Source of the DNA: Octopus bimaculoides
Taxonomy: Eukaryota
Assembly (NCBI RefSeq): GCF_001194135.2
Contig: NC_068981.1
Span: 80,257,139 to 80,321,138, forward strand
Reading direction: 5' to 3'
DNA length: 64,000 nucleotides
The translations under genes were made by a program, and so were the position numbers. The notes below the pieces were generated by a model. That model did no database searches, was not told the origin of the DNA, and worked only from the letters and a program-made list of their open reading frames with translations. Shown one piece after another: positions 39,960 to 52,045 of this stretch; the stretch's first letter is position 1, and each line of letters opens with the position of its first letter.

Positions 39960-40037
39960 GTGCCGATGCCCTGCCCTGGTTTAATTTTATCCTGCAAGAG
40001 GAAGCCAAAATACATGGGTTCGATCTCCAGCAACATG
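39960..40037 (+). CDS. RhoGAP-domain protein, exon E (78-nt frame-preserving exon): (R)ADALPWFNFILQEEAKIHGFDLQQH
   Basis: Acceptor ttttgtcccttgcatgtgtag| and donor CATG|gtaaga. Phase 1-1 fits exon D (C|GT = Arg). Open, protein-like frame in unique, locally GC-richer sequence. Confidence 0.7.
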
Positions 40038-41214
40038 GTAAGATCAGAAATTAATCCAAATAACTCTTCGCATGAACAATCCCTTGCAATGTGTAAAAAA
40101 AATAGCATTGTGCCTAATATTTCTTTTATATTTTTTAATTTAATTTTTTTTTATCTGTTAAATAAACGTTTTTTTTTAATGCTATATTACATACTTCATA
40201 TGCTTTGCTGTTTACAGCAGTTTTCTATCTTTAGCATGTTGTGTAGTGATGATGATATGCTGTTGAAAAAATGTTATGAATTAAGAACTGCAGATATCAT
40301 TTGTGAAAAGTTGGCAGAAACTGTTTCACTGAAGAAATAAATAATAGGTATAGAACTAAACTGAGTATGTCACAGAGGAAATAAAATTGTAATGTGATTG
40401 ATAAAAATAAAGTACTAATTAAATACTGGGGTTGTTAATATATTCTTATAAAGCAGGCTAGAGCAAATGAGATGGTTACACAAGAATATTTTATTAGGAA
40501 TATCATGATTTCATTTTTTAGTTTCCAAACCCTGATTTCTCTTCAGCTCTATTTTCCTGTTTTCATTTAACCATCGTTTAAAAAGATGAATTCTGTTTTG
40601 TTTTTTTGTTGTTTTTTTTTTCCAAAGAAAAGAAACATTACTTAAAAATAACTGGTTTGGTATGTTTGTTTCAACTTTTGTTCTTTGTGGATAAAACTTT
40701 CACAACGAAGAGGTTTGATATAATTTATGTTGAAGAACATAAATCTTCCAAGTAAAATATTTTGTTCTAAATGAAATGATAATATGAAAAATTGAAGAAA
40801 GAAATCATTATATTTGCTCTTTTTTCTTTAACTTCAACATTTTCTAACAAAATGGTAAGAGGAAAAAGAAGACAAAAACAGAAACTCAGTGGAATTGGTG
40901 AATAAGTAACTCCAAACCCAGAGCAAATTTGGGGAAAAGTTGTTAGAACAACAATCTAAGAATTCCAAAATTGAAGTGAATGTTGACAGCAGAAATTGAA
41001 ATGAGTCATTTAGCATAGCACAGATACTATTGTGTCTGTTTTTTCAGTATTTCTGTATTTAATTGGTTATTAAATATGGACAGCAATAAGCAATACTAAT
41101 TTTAGGATGACATCCCATTTTTAAACAACTGTATTCATATCATGCTTTAATGAAAGTTAGTGAAATTGCTGTTAAGAGTTCCAACATTACTAATTTCTTG
41201 CATCTCCAATGTTG

Positions 41215-41880
41215 GAGGCAAATAATGCTAGTAGTGACAATCAGTGTTTATGCAACTGGCCTTAGAAAGCCTGTACCTTGTCAACCAAGATAGCTCTGTT
41301 GATAATTTCTGGAGATTTGTTCCATATTCTGATAATCAAGTGCAGAAAACTCCTGTTCACAGTGTGCATCTTGGTATTGAGTGAGTGTTGAGATGCCAGG
41401 TTAAATGTACTAGCTTGGGTCTTTACTAAGTTCTTATAGGCCATGGCCTGTGTGATTTTTGTCGATTACTGTAGTAAAGCTATTCATAGTGAGCATCTTT
41501 GCAGCATTCCTCCTTCAACTTCAATGATCCTAAGAGATTTTTTGGACTGCAGAGAGTTGGCTGAGTATGATGTGTGAGGTATTTATCAAACATAGATAGG
41601 CCTACTACATAATGCTTTGTAAATTATGTGTCTCAGAGCCCCCAAGACTTTATGCAGCTCTGTTATATAGTGAACATTTGTTCTGCCCACACCCGCTTGC
41701 CATCCATCTATGATTACACCCTAAATCTCAAGCTGCTTTACCATAGGCAATTTGTAGTTTCCAAGGTTTGATGGGCTTCATTTCCTTGATAAAGCCATTG
41801 CCTTACTTTCTGATTCAAAAACATGCCAGTCTTCTCTCCAGGCCTCTACTTAAACCTTTTGATATCAAACCGCCTGAAGC
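41215..41880 (-). mobile_element. Degraded CR1/L2-like LINE 3' fragment
   Basis: Minus-strand remnants such as NRSFLHLIIRIWNKSP and QKISLRII resemble the C-terminus of CR1/L2-type ORF2. Heavily disrupted. Confidence 0.45.
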
Positions 41881-42079
41881 TGCGTCTGGCTCTATAGTAG
41901 AAATGTCTTTTTTTCAAAAGTTCTGAATTAAAATCTTCAACCAAACCTTAGTCACAATTTATGTTCATAACACTAGCTTAATGATAACTAAGTTATTTTA
42001 CTAAATTCTTTGTTATATTTAAAAGTGATTGAAAGAAATACAGAGCATCTCAACAGAAATGTGGTAACAAAAGGGTTAA
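41850..42079. mobile_element. TTAA-flanked MITE family P2 (about 230 bp)
   Basis: ttaaaccttttgatatc...ggtaacaaaagggttaa. Homolog at 50653-50880. Confidence 0.7.
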
Positions 42080-42257
42080 GCTAACTGCCACTGCTGCAAC
42101 ACTTTCTCCCATTGCTTTTACTTGTGCAACTATCATAGAGTTGTTAGCATGGGATATGACAGTGAATATGAATCATAATTATGACTGATGTACCTATATG
42201 CTGTAAATATGGTCTATTTTTGCCCTTGTCTGCAGTCTCTTGCCTGTACCAAACACA

Positions 42258-42260
<3 letters not shown>

Positions 42261-42342
<82 letters not shown>
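42261..42342. repeat. (TC)41 microsatellite flanked by short (CA)n
   Basis: Read directly from the sequence. Explains the ERER/SLSL ORFs. Confidence 0.98.
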
Positions 42343-42354
<12 letters not shown>

Positions 42355-42519
42355 CCATGCATAATGAATTAGATATAAAACCTGAATTTCAGTTTCATGT
42401 TTAAACTTATGTTATTAATGTATTTGAGTGTATAAATTTTCCTTGAACCTAACTCTCTTAACTTGAAGCTATGTAATTACATCAAATGATTATGTAGACA
42501 GAAAAATAGCTCATTACAG

Positions 42520-43405
42520 CTTTGTGCCAGTGAAGAAATTATTGGGATTTCTGAGTTTAAATCCTGCTGAGATTGGCTTTGCCTTTTATCATTCAAATCA
42601 ATAAAATAAGTGTCACACAAATACTGGAGTTGAGTGGCCTTATATATCTATCTTGGAAACTGAAATTAATTAAAAGGTGACTGAGTGCAATGAGCGAAGC
42701 CTGGGTGAATGGGCTTATATTTAACTTGTATCTATAATCTGGAAAAGCTTATTTTTCTCTTGGTAATCCAAGAAATCCTGTGTAGGTGCAGCTTTCCTCT
42801 ATGGGGTCTCTATCAAATTTTTGAATACGGCTTTTTTTCAAGCATTCAGTTTCTTTGTAAACCCTCATATTTTTTGCAAATTATACTCTCATTCATTGTC
42901 CTTGTACCAATAATTAGAAATCATTGCTGTTGTTATTGTGTTGAACAAAATATCTTATGGTATTTCTTCTGATTTCTTTATTCTCTGGGTTCACATCCCA
43001 TCAAAGTGAGCTTTGCCTTTCATCCATCAGTGGGGTGATAAAATAAAATAGCAGTCAAGGTTAGGGTCAGTAAAATAAAGTACTAGTCAAGTACTGGGAT
43101 TAGTATAATTGACTATTCCCCTCCCCAAATACAGACTTTAGAAACAATTATTATTGTTGTGTATTGAAGTGCATGGATGTTTTTGAGATAGCTCTGTGAA
43201 AAGCTAGCAGAATATTTAGTGCTTTGGATAAAATGCTTAGCAGCATTTCTTCAGGCTGTTTACATTCTGAGTTCACATCCTGCCAAAGTCAACTTTACCT
43301 TTCATCTTTTCAGGGTCACTAAAATATTAGTCAAGTACAAGGGTTGTTATAATCAACTAACACCCTCCTAAAATTACTGGCCTTGTGCCAAAATTTGAAA
43401 CAGTT
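42520..43405 (+). mobile_element. Cluster of three partial or complete SINE family B copies (about 42520-42650, 42975-43145, 43195-43405)
   Basis: Repeated family core ctttgcctttcatc...ataaaata..gt and the 3' end ggccttgtgccaaaatttgaaac. Confidence 0.7.
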
Positions 43406-43534
43406 ATTGTTTTTATTAATATTCCAATAGTCTTATTGCTATTATATGCTTTCAGTATACTCTTGTGTTTAGCTCCATTTACCTTCCTTGCATATATGTA
43501 TTTTTCTGTTGGTGTTTTTTAACTCTAAGTAATA

Positions 43535-43540
<6 letters not shown>

Positions 43541-43573
<33 letters not shown>
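43541..43573. repeat. (TA)n microsatellite
   Basis: Read directly from the sequence. Confidence 0.95.
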
Positions 43574-43575
<2 letters not shown>

Positions 43576-43619
43576 GTGCAGTGGCTAGTCATGGTTAATG
43601 TCTGTATTTTCTATGCCAT

Positions 43620-44050
43620 GGGGTTTTATTTGTATATTTATATATTTGTCTGCTTTTTTTTTTCCTTTCTTTTTTTGCCATTCCCAAAGCACTAATTATT
43701 AGGATTGTTCCTATATTCACTCTTCACATTCTAGCTAGATACCACTTTGCATTTGGACTTTCTTTCTTCAGAACTATATTATCATCTTTTGGAATTTATA
43801 TGTCAATCTATTTCTCCCAATGTTCTTTGACAGTAATGCCTGAGAGATTTGTCATAATTTCTCTGTGAATGAATTGGAATATCCCTAGAGTATCATCAAT
43901 GTGTCATTCTTTGAAACATTTTGTAGCATGTTTTACCACCTCTTTTCTGTGGATGTCCCTTCATATTGATATTTATTCCAGTTTATGACACATTAAAACC
44001 CTATCGTTTCTGTTTATATATTCCATTTTCCCATTTTGTTTGAGACTAGG
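43620..44050 (-). mobile_element. Older, degraded R4/Dong-like 3' endonuclease fragment
   Basis: Minus-strand remnants resembling WDIPIH...DDNIVLKE...TIPIIISALGM, paralleling the 3' end of the younger adjacent copy. Confidence 0.5.
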
Positions 44051-44280
44051 CAGTCAGAAGCAATATGTTTTTCTTTTTTGTTTTTTTTTTGGTTTTTTTT
44101 TTCATAGCCTCCACATATTCCGAAGTTACTTTTTATACTTTGCTTCATGTTTTTTTTCTGTAGCTTTTTCTTTTTGATGGGAAGGCTTTAATCTTGTGTT
44201 ATGATCAACAATCCTTCAGTATCAGCTTTGAGTTTTGCTATTTTCTGTCAGTGAGGTGTATTTTTAATTTGGCTTTATCA

Positions 44281-45765
44281 TTATTATTATTATTATTATC
44301 ATTATTATTGCTTTTGCACAGCTTCTAATGCTGGAGATGTTCTACAGCGTCAGCTGTTCACTACCAGTGAACTAAGGTAACACCTCTTATTTTTCAAGCA
44401 CCTTCCAGAGTATTCAAGCGGTTCCAAGCAGTGCTGTTTTCTACAAGTGCTCCACCCTTATTGCAGCCCCTATTTGTTCCACTTACTTCTCGAGATTTTT
44501 GCTCACTGTTCCCAGGGCTCCGACTATTATTGGTACTACTTCTACTTGTTTCATCGACCACAACTGGTTAACTTCTCAAGCTAACCTGTCATATCTCTCA
44601 ACTTTTCTTTCTTCCTTATCGCATACCTTGTTGTCAGCTGGACATGCTATGTCTATGATCCAGCATAGTTTGTTTGCTTTCTCAATTAAGACTATGTCCG
44701 GCTTCCTATCCTCAATCTCATGGTCACACTGAATCATAAAATCCCATAGGATTTTTGCATTTCTATTTCCAACAATGCCTTCAGGTTTATGGTCATACTA
44801 ATTTTTTACTCTGTCAAGTTCATACTTGTTGCAAAGTGTCCAATGGACAAGCCTGGCTATATCGTCGTGGCGTCTCTTATATTCCTTCTGGGCTAGTGGT
44901 GTACATTGGCTGGTAATATGCCATACGGTTTCACCATTTTGTCCACAGATTCTGCACTTATCACATTCTGATGTGTTGTCTATTCTGTATTTTATGTAGT
45001 TTGGTTTTAGTGCTTTAGTGCTTGCTCTTGGGCAGTACAGATTAGAGCCGCCATTTCCAGTTTTAAATCACTTTTAGTCATCCACAGCCATCTTTTTTCT
45101 CTGTCTGTCTTATCTAAAACATCCCTATGAAACTGACCATACATTCTTTCTTTACCCACCTATTTTCAGTTTCATTCGTTTTCAATTTCTTGTATAGTGC
45201 TTTATCTTTGCAATCTTTCATCCTACACAAGCCTGACCTTCTTACGTCTAGTAATAGTGGTTCTGTGGCATTTTTTACATACCATGCTATGTTGTTTTCT
45301 TCTGCTCTAATGCTGTGTTCGCATCCAATAAGTCCTCTTCCCCCTCTTTTTCTTGGAACATACAGTCTGTCTGTGTCACTTTTTGGGTGGAGTGACCCAT
45401 ATCTAGTTAGCAACTTCTTTGTTTTTCTGTCTAAGCTTTTTCGTTCGTCTACTGTCCATGCGATTACCCCTGCTCCACATCTAAGGAGTGAAACCACCCA
45501 GGTTTTGATAGCTTCGATCTTATTCCATCCATTTAATTTCAACTTAAGGATCAGTTTCAGTCTGTGCAAGTACTCCAACTTAAATTTTTCTGTCATTTCT
45601 TTCTCCATCAATTTATCCATTTCCAAAATCCCTAAGCACTTATAGCTCGTTTCTTCTATCTGCTTCATAACCTCCCCCGACAGTATCGTTAGTCCTTCCA
45701 TACATTTGATTTTGCCTCTCTTCAATACTAACACACCGCACTTTCCTTTTATTATTATTATTATT
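44281..45765 (-). mobile_element. 5'-truncated R4/Dong-clade non-LTR retrotransposon (RT C-terminus, CCHC zinc knuckle, restriction-like endonuclease), with stops and frameshifts
   Basis: ORF 45114-45842 carries YKCLGILE...LDRKTKKLL...LHPKSDTDRLYVPRKRGGRGL. Downstream on the minus strand are CRICGQNGETVWHITSQC (CCHC) and RKPDIVLIEKANKLCWIIDIACP (PD-(D/E)xK). (TAA)n tracts lie at both ends. Confidence 0.88.
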
Positions 45766-45774
45766 CTTATAAAA

Positions 45775-45980
45775 GGCGGCGAGCATAGCACATCAGACAA
45801 AAATGCTTTGTGATATTTCTTCCAACTTTGCTTTCTGATCAAATTCTAGCAAAATCCCCTTTACCTTTCACCCTTTCGGAGTTGATGAAATAAGTATCTG
45901 TTGAGTACTGTGGCTGATGTAATCAACTCTTCCCCTCCTCCCAAATGTCAAGACATGTGCCTGTAGCAGAAATGGAATTA

Positions 45981-46017
<37 letters not shown>

Positions 46018-46120
46018 GTAAGGGCAGTGATTCTATAAAAATGCCTTGCAGTATTTTGTTTGACTCTTTACATCTGAATTCAAATCCTTTTGAAATCAAC
46101 TTTGATTTTCCCAGTGTTGA
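45775..46120 (+). mobile_element. SINE family B copy plus a truncated second copy cut by the mariner insertion
   Basis: Family core at 45860-45910. The second copy starts after (ATT)n at about 46020 and stops at the mariner TIR. Confidence 0.7.
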
Positions 46121-46125
46121 TGAAA

Positions 46126-46787
46126 TATGAGGTGGTATCAAAAGGTTCCCAGATTAGTTATGTTTAATAAAAGATAACTCATTTACCTAAGTTTTAACAT
46201 CATCTCCTTTGAAATAGTCACCTCGTGCAGCAATATACAGGCTCCAGCATTCCTGCCACTTTTGGAATCTGGCCTGGAAGCCATTTTCCATAAGTGAGTT
46301 GAGGATCTTCTGCGATTCACTCTGGATCTTGACAACAGTGTTAAAGCAGCAACCTTTGAACTGCATTTTCATCTCGGGGAAGAGGTAGAAGTCCACCAGT
46401 GCTAAATCTGGTGAAAAGGGCAGGTACAGAAGCAATACCATGTTGTTTTTGGCAAGACACTCACAAGTAAGGAGAGCTTGGTGACAGGATGCATCATCGT
46501 CATGAAGAATCCAATTCTTCATGCTCCACAGATTTGGTCACTTTTCCTAAATGTCATCCCTCAAATGCTTCAAAATGTTGCAGTAGAACTCTTGATTGAT
46601 GGTCTGGCCCTGGGGGATGATTTCTTGATGCACAATACCATATTTCTGGGGGTGTCACTCGTGGCAGGTTTTCCAGATAGCTCATTGTCTTCCAGGGACA
46701 TTCTTCCTCTTTTGAAGTGCCCATGACACTTGAAACATGTTGGCACACTACAGAACTAGTCTCGGAACTTTTTAACACCACCTCATA
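46126..46787 (-). mobile_element. Internally deleted mariner (Tc1/mariner DD34D-type) element with both TIRs and TA target duplications
   Basis: Left end TA-tgaggtggtatcaaaaggttcccagattagt; right end actagtctcggaactttttaacaccacctca-TA. Transposase remnants GIVHQEIIPQGQTINQEFYC, WILHDDDASCH and PFSPDLALVDFYLFPEMK...GDYFKGD. Confidence 0.92.
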
Positions 46788-48179
46788 AAGTACCAGTCAA
46801 GTACTGGTTTCAATTAAACCTTCCCCTACCCTCAAAATTGCTGCCCATGTGCCTAAATTAGAAATCATCATCATTGTTACTATTAAATGAAAGCCTTCAT
46901 GTGTGTATTTATTGTCTCCATATCTTGACATCATGTAATAGTTGGAAATGAATGTCACCATAGTACAAGTGATTTAACTTGTTTCCAGTATTCTGTAAAA
47001 ACATTTCCAGGCATGGTTTCCTTGCTTGGAAACAAGTGTGGGCATGCACCAAGAGGAGCATCTACCTCAATGAATTCTGTCTGACCCATGCAAGTGTAGA
47101 AGAGTGAACATGAAAGCAATGGTGATAGGGTGGCCTTTGCAGCAGCAGTGGTGGCATAAATGCAGACATTTAGTAGTATTAAGATATAAATATACACACA
47201 TTGAATAGTATACATTTGTGAGTACCAATTTAAGAGTCAAAAATATGTTGCTTGGTGTGTAAAGGCATTGGAATTAGGTTATAGTGGACAACTTTTGAAG
47301 ACTGTTTATGCTATAAACATTCTTTTAGTGCTAAATGCTGCAGAGAAATCTTCTGATTAATCAAGTCTACAACAAAGTTTATATTCTTTGTTGTAGCTAT
47401 TTCATTTCATTCACATTGCCAATAACTTTGAAAATGATATGAACATCATAAAATATTTCCTCTATCACTTTATTCTGTGATATTTCCTGTTATATTTTGT
47501 ACTGATGGTCAAGATAGCTGAGTGCATAATGTATGAAACTCTCTGCTCGTTTATTATGAACCCAAATCTGCTGCAGGCATTTTGTTAATTGCCTTTCTTC
47601 ACCTACTTATCAAAAATATGCAGATTTTCAGAGATAAAAGATAACAGGACCGATCTAACATTGATAAATATCTTTAGTTACAAAAAAATCAAGCATGGTT
47701 CAGTTTAGCAAAAGCTAACTGAAACTAGGTCTCAATATTTCTTATTATGCAGTTCAATACTCCATTAATCTGATTTCAAATCAATTATGAGATTCTGTGA
47801 CTATTGGTTTTATCAAATCTACTTTTGAAGTAAAACAAACACCAATATTGACAACCTTCCCTTACAATATACTTGATGTGTCATATGTTATCAGTTAACC
47901 ACAAGGTGATAACAGATGTGAGGTTAACAGACTGAACAACAGACCGTGTCTTTGTATCATATACTTCACCAAGGTTGTAACTTTGTGCTTTAGACAATTA
48001 GTTTCACTTACAGTTGAGTGATTACAAAGACCATCCATCTCCAAAACTCATATAGAAAAGCATGTAAAAATAGCATTTCAAAAAAGCAAGAAAATTAGCA
48101 TAGAAAATTATTTTTCTATTCAAGTTTAGTCTGCTTATTTAAATAAGTAAATAGAAAGTATATAATAAACAATTTTTTC

Positions 48180-48790
48180 ATCATCATATGCCTGTGTTCG
48201 ATGTTGGTATAGATTGAACAGTTTGATGAGATCTGATGGACACAAGGACTGCATTGAGCTTCACTGTTTACTTTAGAATAGTTTCTATAGCTGGATACCC
48301 TTTCTAAAGCTAATCACTTTTCAGTGTATAGTGAGCGCTTTTTTCATGTCACCAGTACTAGTGGCTTTATGCTGGGAGATGAGGAGTTAAAACTATTAGA
48401 GAAGGGGCCAGAGCAGAAACAGATTTCTTACTGTAGAGAGACTACATGGCTACTCACATTTTAAAAGAGTGGGTGTGGGCCAGTCAAGGTGGAACAGGGA
48501 AGAGATAAAAAGTAGTAATGATGAGGTGTCTGTATGAACCCTCAACTTACAAGGTGAGTAAAAGTGAGTGGAGACAGAAGAACTGGACATGTAGGTGGGT
48601 GGAGATTGCAGGAGTGTATAGGAGAGAGAGATGGAGAGTGGGTGAGGGGGTGAATGTAGTAAATGAAGAACAAGTGTTGAATGACTGATAAGTGGTGGGG
48701 TAGAGAGGAGTAGGTGACAACTTGATTGGATAGGCTTGAGGTGTAGATGTAGTGAATGGTGGATAAGGAGTGGGGTGACCAATGATGCAT
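48180..48790 (-). mobile_element. Family C retroposon with long purine/pyrimidine-biased body
   Basis: (CAT)n tail at 48180 plus a degraded family 3' block. The GA-rich plus strand explains ORFs 48450-48790. Confidence 0.65.
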
Positions 48791-50652
48791 ATGGAATTAA
48801 TTATAAATGATATTTCCTATCATTTACTGGATTTTTACTAGATTAAATACTAGATTGTGTTGCCTCCAATTTAAAGTCTGTGGAATACAGTGCACATTTA
48901 AGAGTAATAAGAAACAAGATAATGGGTACTTAAATGGATTATTTTGCATAAGTTGTGATTAAAAGTGACTTGGTTTATCAGCATCCTATGTTCCTTCAGA
49001 CATTCACCTGCACTATTTTCTTCTGTCTTTCTCCCCCACCCCACCCCCACCACCACCATTAACAACATCTAGAAAAGATTTTCCTGATATAAATCCTCTT
49101 GATTGCTTGCTTTTGAATAACTTAAAGGTATGTGTAATTCACGTGACAGCCTCCCTTGAAATTCCTGCTCTTAAAAGGCAACTGGCAAGAATATGCACAC
49201 ACAGCTGAGAAACTGTGCAGCTGTAGTGTTTTGTTTAGACTTTTTATGTATCATAGCAAACAGGCTCCTACTAGGTGCCTTGTATATAGGTAAACTTTGT
49301 TTAAGAATTCTTTACAGTTCCTTACTAATATTTTTTTATGGAAAGGCTATTAGAATATTTTTTTTAGTTTTTGCATAACTTTGTCTGTGCTTTTCTTTAC
49401 ATTAAAAGATTTTAACATAAATGATGATGGCAGTAATAATTTCTAACTTTAACTTGGTAGTAGGGGTCACATTTATGAAGATGGTTTATAATTTATTCAA
49501 CTGATTACTGGTATTTATTTTGGTAGTCTCTTGATGAACAAATGGCAAAGTCAGTTTCCTCACTCAGATTTGAATTCAGTACATAGAGGGATGTAATTAA
49601 ATACCGAAATGTATTTAGCTATTGATTTCTAATTTTGTCACAGAGTGCCACCAACCTTTATGGAGTGGGGTGTAATTGACTGAATCAACCTTGGTATATT
49701 ATTGGTACTTATCTACAGAATGAGGTGTGATGAGGGGCAAAGTCAACCTTGGTGGAATTTCAACTTAGATTGTAGTACTGATTTTTAAAATAGGTAAAAG
49801 ATATGACATTTTAGATAAGGAATTGAGTCAATTATGCCAACTCAAGCCCATAACTGAATTCCTATTGTAAGATTATCTTGAATTTATAAAATTATAAAAT
49901 AGTAGGTTTTCTATTAGTATTTTGTTTATATCATACAGTTATCATGATTTATAGTTAAACTTTACATAACCAGATACATTCATCAGTGGGTGAGTCACAT
50001 CATGACAGTATTATTTATAAATAAAAATACCTTAAAGACCACGCAAACTAGTTAGGTTTGTCATCTTTGTTGTTTTTATAATAATGGACTAATAAAAGTG
50101 AAAGAGCATAAGAAGGATATGCATTGTAATGTCTTTTAAGATTAAAAAAACTCAGTGTGTTTATATTTATTTTTTTCCCTAATTGAATCATGTATTAGAT
50201 TCTGAAAATCTCAAATTTGTATCAACTAAAGGAAGAACATAATTTATACTGAATACCTTTCTTAAATCCAGATATTTAAGACATGGGCTAAATGCAGTAG
50301 CTATATCCAGTTAGGTAACTGTTAGAAGTAAAATGATGTCATACAACAAAACAGAATGTCTGAAGTAGATTTTGAGTCAGAATTTCACCATTAGTCTGTA
50401 AGCTGAACATTTAAACTACTAGACCTTATTGCTACACTGTTTTTTAAATTATCTCTATTAGTTTTTTTTCCCGAAAGAACCAAACTTTTAAATGATTAGG
50501 TATGTGCACTCTAAGAAACAAATTAAAATTCTTAAAGAAGATTGCTTTTCTTGAAGTAGTTTTAAAAGAATTTGGTGGTAGAAGAAATACTGTGACTTAA
50601 GAGTATTTGAATGCATTGAAAGACTGAGTGGAACTTGCTAGGAACGAGATTA

Positions 50653-50880
50653 TTAACCCTTTTGATGCTAACTCACCTGAGACTGATCCTGATTCCTTGA
50701 TACAGACTTCCTGTTTCACGGTGATCTCAATTAAGGCATTCCTTCAAAATTTCATGTTAATTTGTGTTCCAAACATCAGCTTGATAATAATGAAGAACTT
50801 AGTAAAATAACTGTTTTTTTCAAAATTGATTGAAACAAGGGCTGTGTATTTCATCGGAAATATGGTAACAAAAGGATTAA
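50653..50880. mobile_element. MITE family P2 copy
   Basis: ttaacccttttgatgc...atggtaacaaaaggattaa. Confidence 0.7.
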
Positions 50881-50924
50881 GGCATTTATAATTAAACACA
50901 AGTTAGTAATGAACTCCCTAATTG

Positions 50925-51128
50925 TGGTTTCAAATTTTGGCACAAGTTTCGGGGAACAGGATAAGTCAATTACATTGACCCATGTTCAATTGGTGCTTAT
51001 TTCATTGACCCTGAAAGGATGAAAGGCAAAGTCTACCTTTGCAGAATTTGAACACAGAAGATAAGGTTGAATGAAATGCTGCTTTAGCATTTTGCCTGGT
51101 ATGCTAATGAGTCTGCTAGCTTGCACCT
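50925..51128 (-). mobile_element. SINE family B copy with TSD taatgaact(c/a)cctaatt
   Basis: Reverse-complement family core. Flanking direct repeats at about 50907 and 51129. Confidence 0.8.
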
Positions 51129-51399
51129 TAATGAACTACCTAATTATGAACACATATTACAGATGGTTTGTGTTGACTGAAGAGTTAGCCATTGGCTAGT
51201 TGTTATGTAACCAGGGTGACATAAAAAAGTAGATATCATAGGTGAAATGTGAAGATACGGAGAAATGGAGGAAAGCTTTTTTGGGAAATGGAAAAAAACA
51301 GATATTAATATGAGTGGTAATAGTGATGAGGGCAATAACATTTTCAGAAAGGAGACCAAAATTGTTGTTCTCTGTAATTGTACTTGCTGACTGATATCA

Positions 51400-51730
51400 T
51401 CTTTTATCTTTTATTTGTTTCAATCATTGGACTACAGATGTGTTAGGACATTGCCATGAAGAGTTTTGGTTGAACAGGTTGACTCCGGTTCTTATCTTTT
51501 AAAGTTTAGCATCTATTCTAGTGGTCACTTTTGTTGATTCTTGGGGAGGGAAGGAAGAACACACACACAATGGGCTTCCACACACTTTCCATCTACCAAA
51601 TTCACTCACACAGCATTGGTCAACCCAAGGCTATAACAGAAAACTCTTGCTCAAATTTCTACAGAGTGGGACTGAACTTAAAGCCACATGGTTGCAAAAC
51701 AAGCTTTTTAATCTCACAGCCAGCCATGTC
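51400..51730 (-). mobile_element. SINE family A copy
   Basis: Same blocks as the 23640-24000 copy. Confidence 0.75.
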
Positions 51731-51899
51731 TGGAGCATTATTTTCCAATTTGTGCTATTCTCTGAGTCTGAGCAGAGCATCATGTACTACATTGTGACTG
51801 TTTTATAATTATCAACGATCACTTCACAAATTCTGTTTATACTTTTACAAGTCAAGGTTATAGGTACTATCTGTCCTTTACAGATTAAATTGTAAAAAG

Positions 51900-52045
51900 T
51901 ATATGGCCTAATGGCTAGGGTGTTTGGTTCATGATCATAAGGTTTTGGGTTCAGTTTCTGGACAGGGTGGTGTGCTGTATTCTTGAGTAAAGCACTTTAT
52001 TTGATGCTGTTCCAGTCTACTCAGCTGTAAATGAGTACCAGTTGG
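51900..52045 (+). mobile_element. SINE family D copy
   Basis: ggcctaatggctagggtgtttgg...gggttcagtttctgg...ccagtctactcagctgtaaatgagtacc. Confidence 0.65.

Noticed and set aside
42144-42372. ERERER / SLSLSL ORFs
   Set aside because: Translations of the (TC)41 microsatellite.
48450-48790. His/Ser/Leu/Pro-rich ORFs (also 25337-25747)
   Set aside because: Result from the pyrimidine-rich body of family C retroposons.
49071-49208. Possible exon DFPDINPLDCLLLNNLK ending at donor AAG|gtatgt (49127)
   Set aside because: The first AG after the pyrimidine tract gives an in-frame stop. The peptide continues past the donor and resembles a decayed Tc1/mariner SPDLNPLD...LK motif, so it is more likely a transposase relic.
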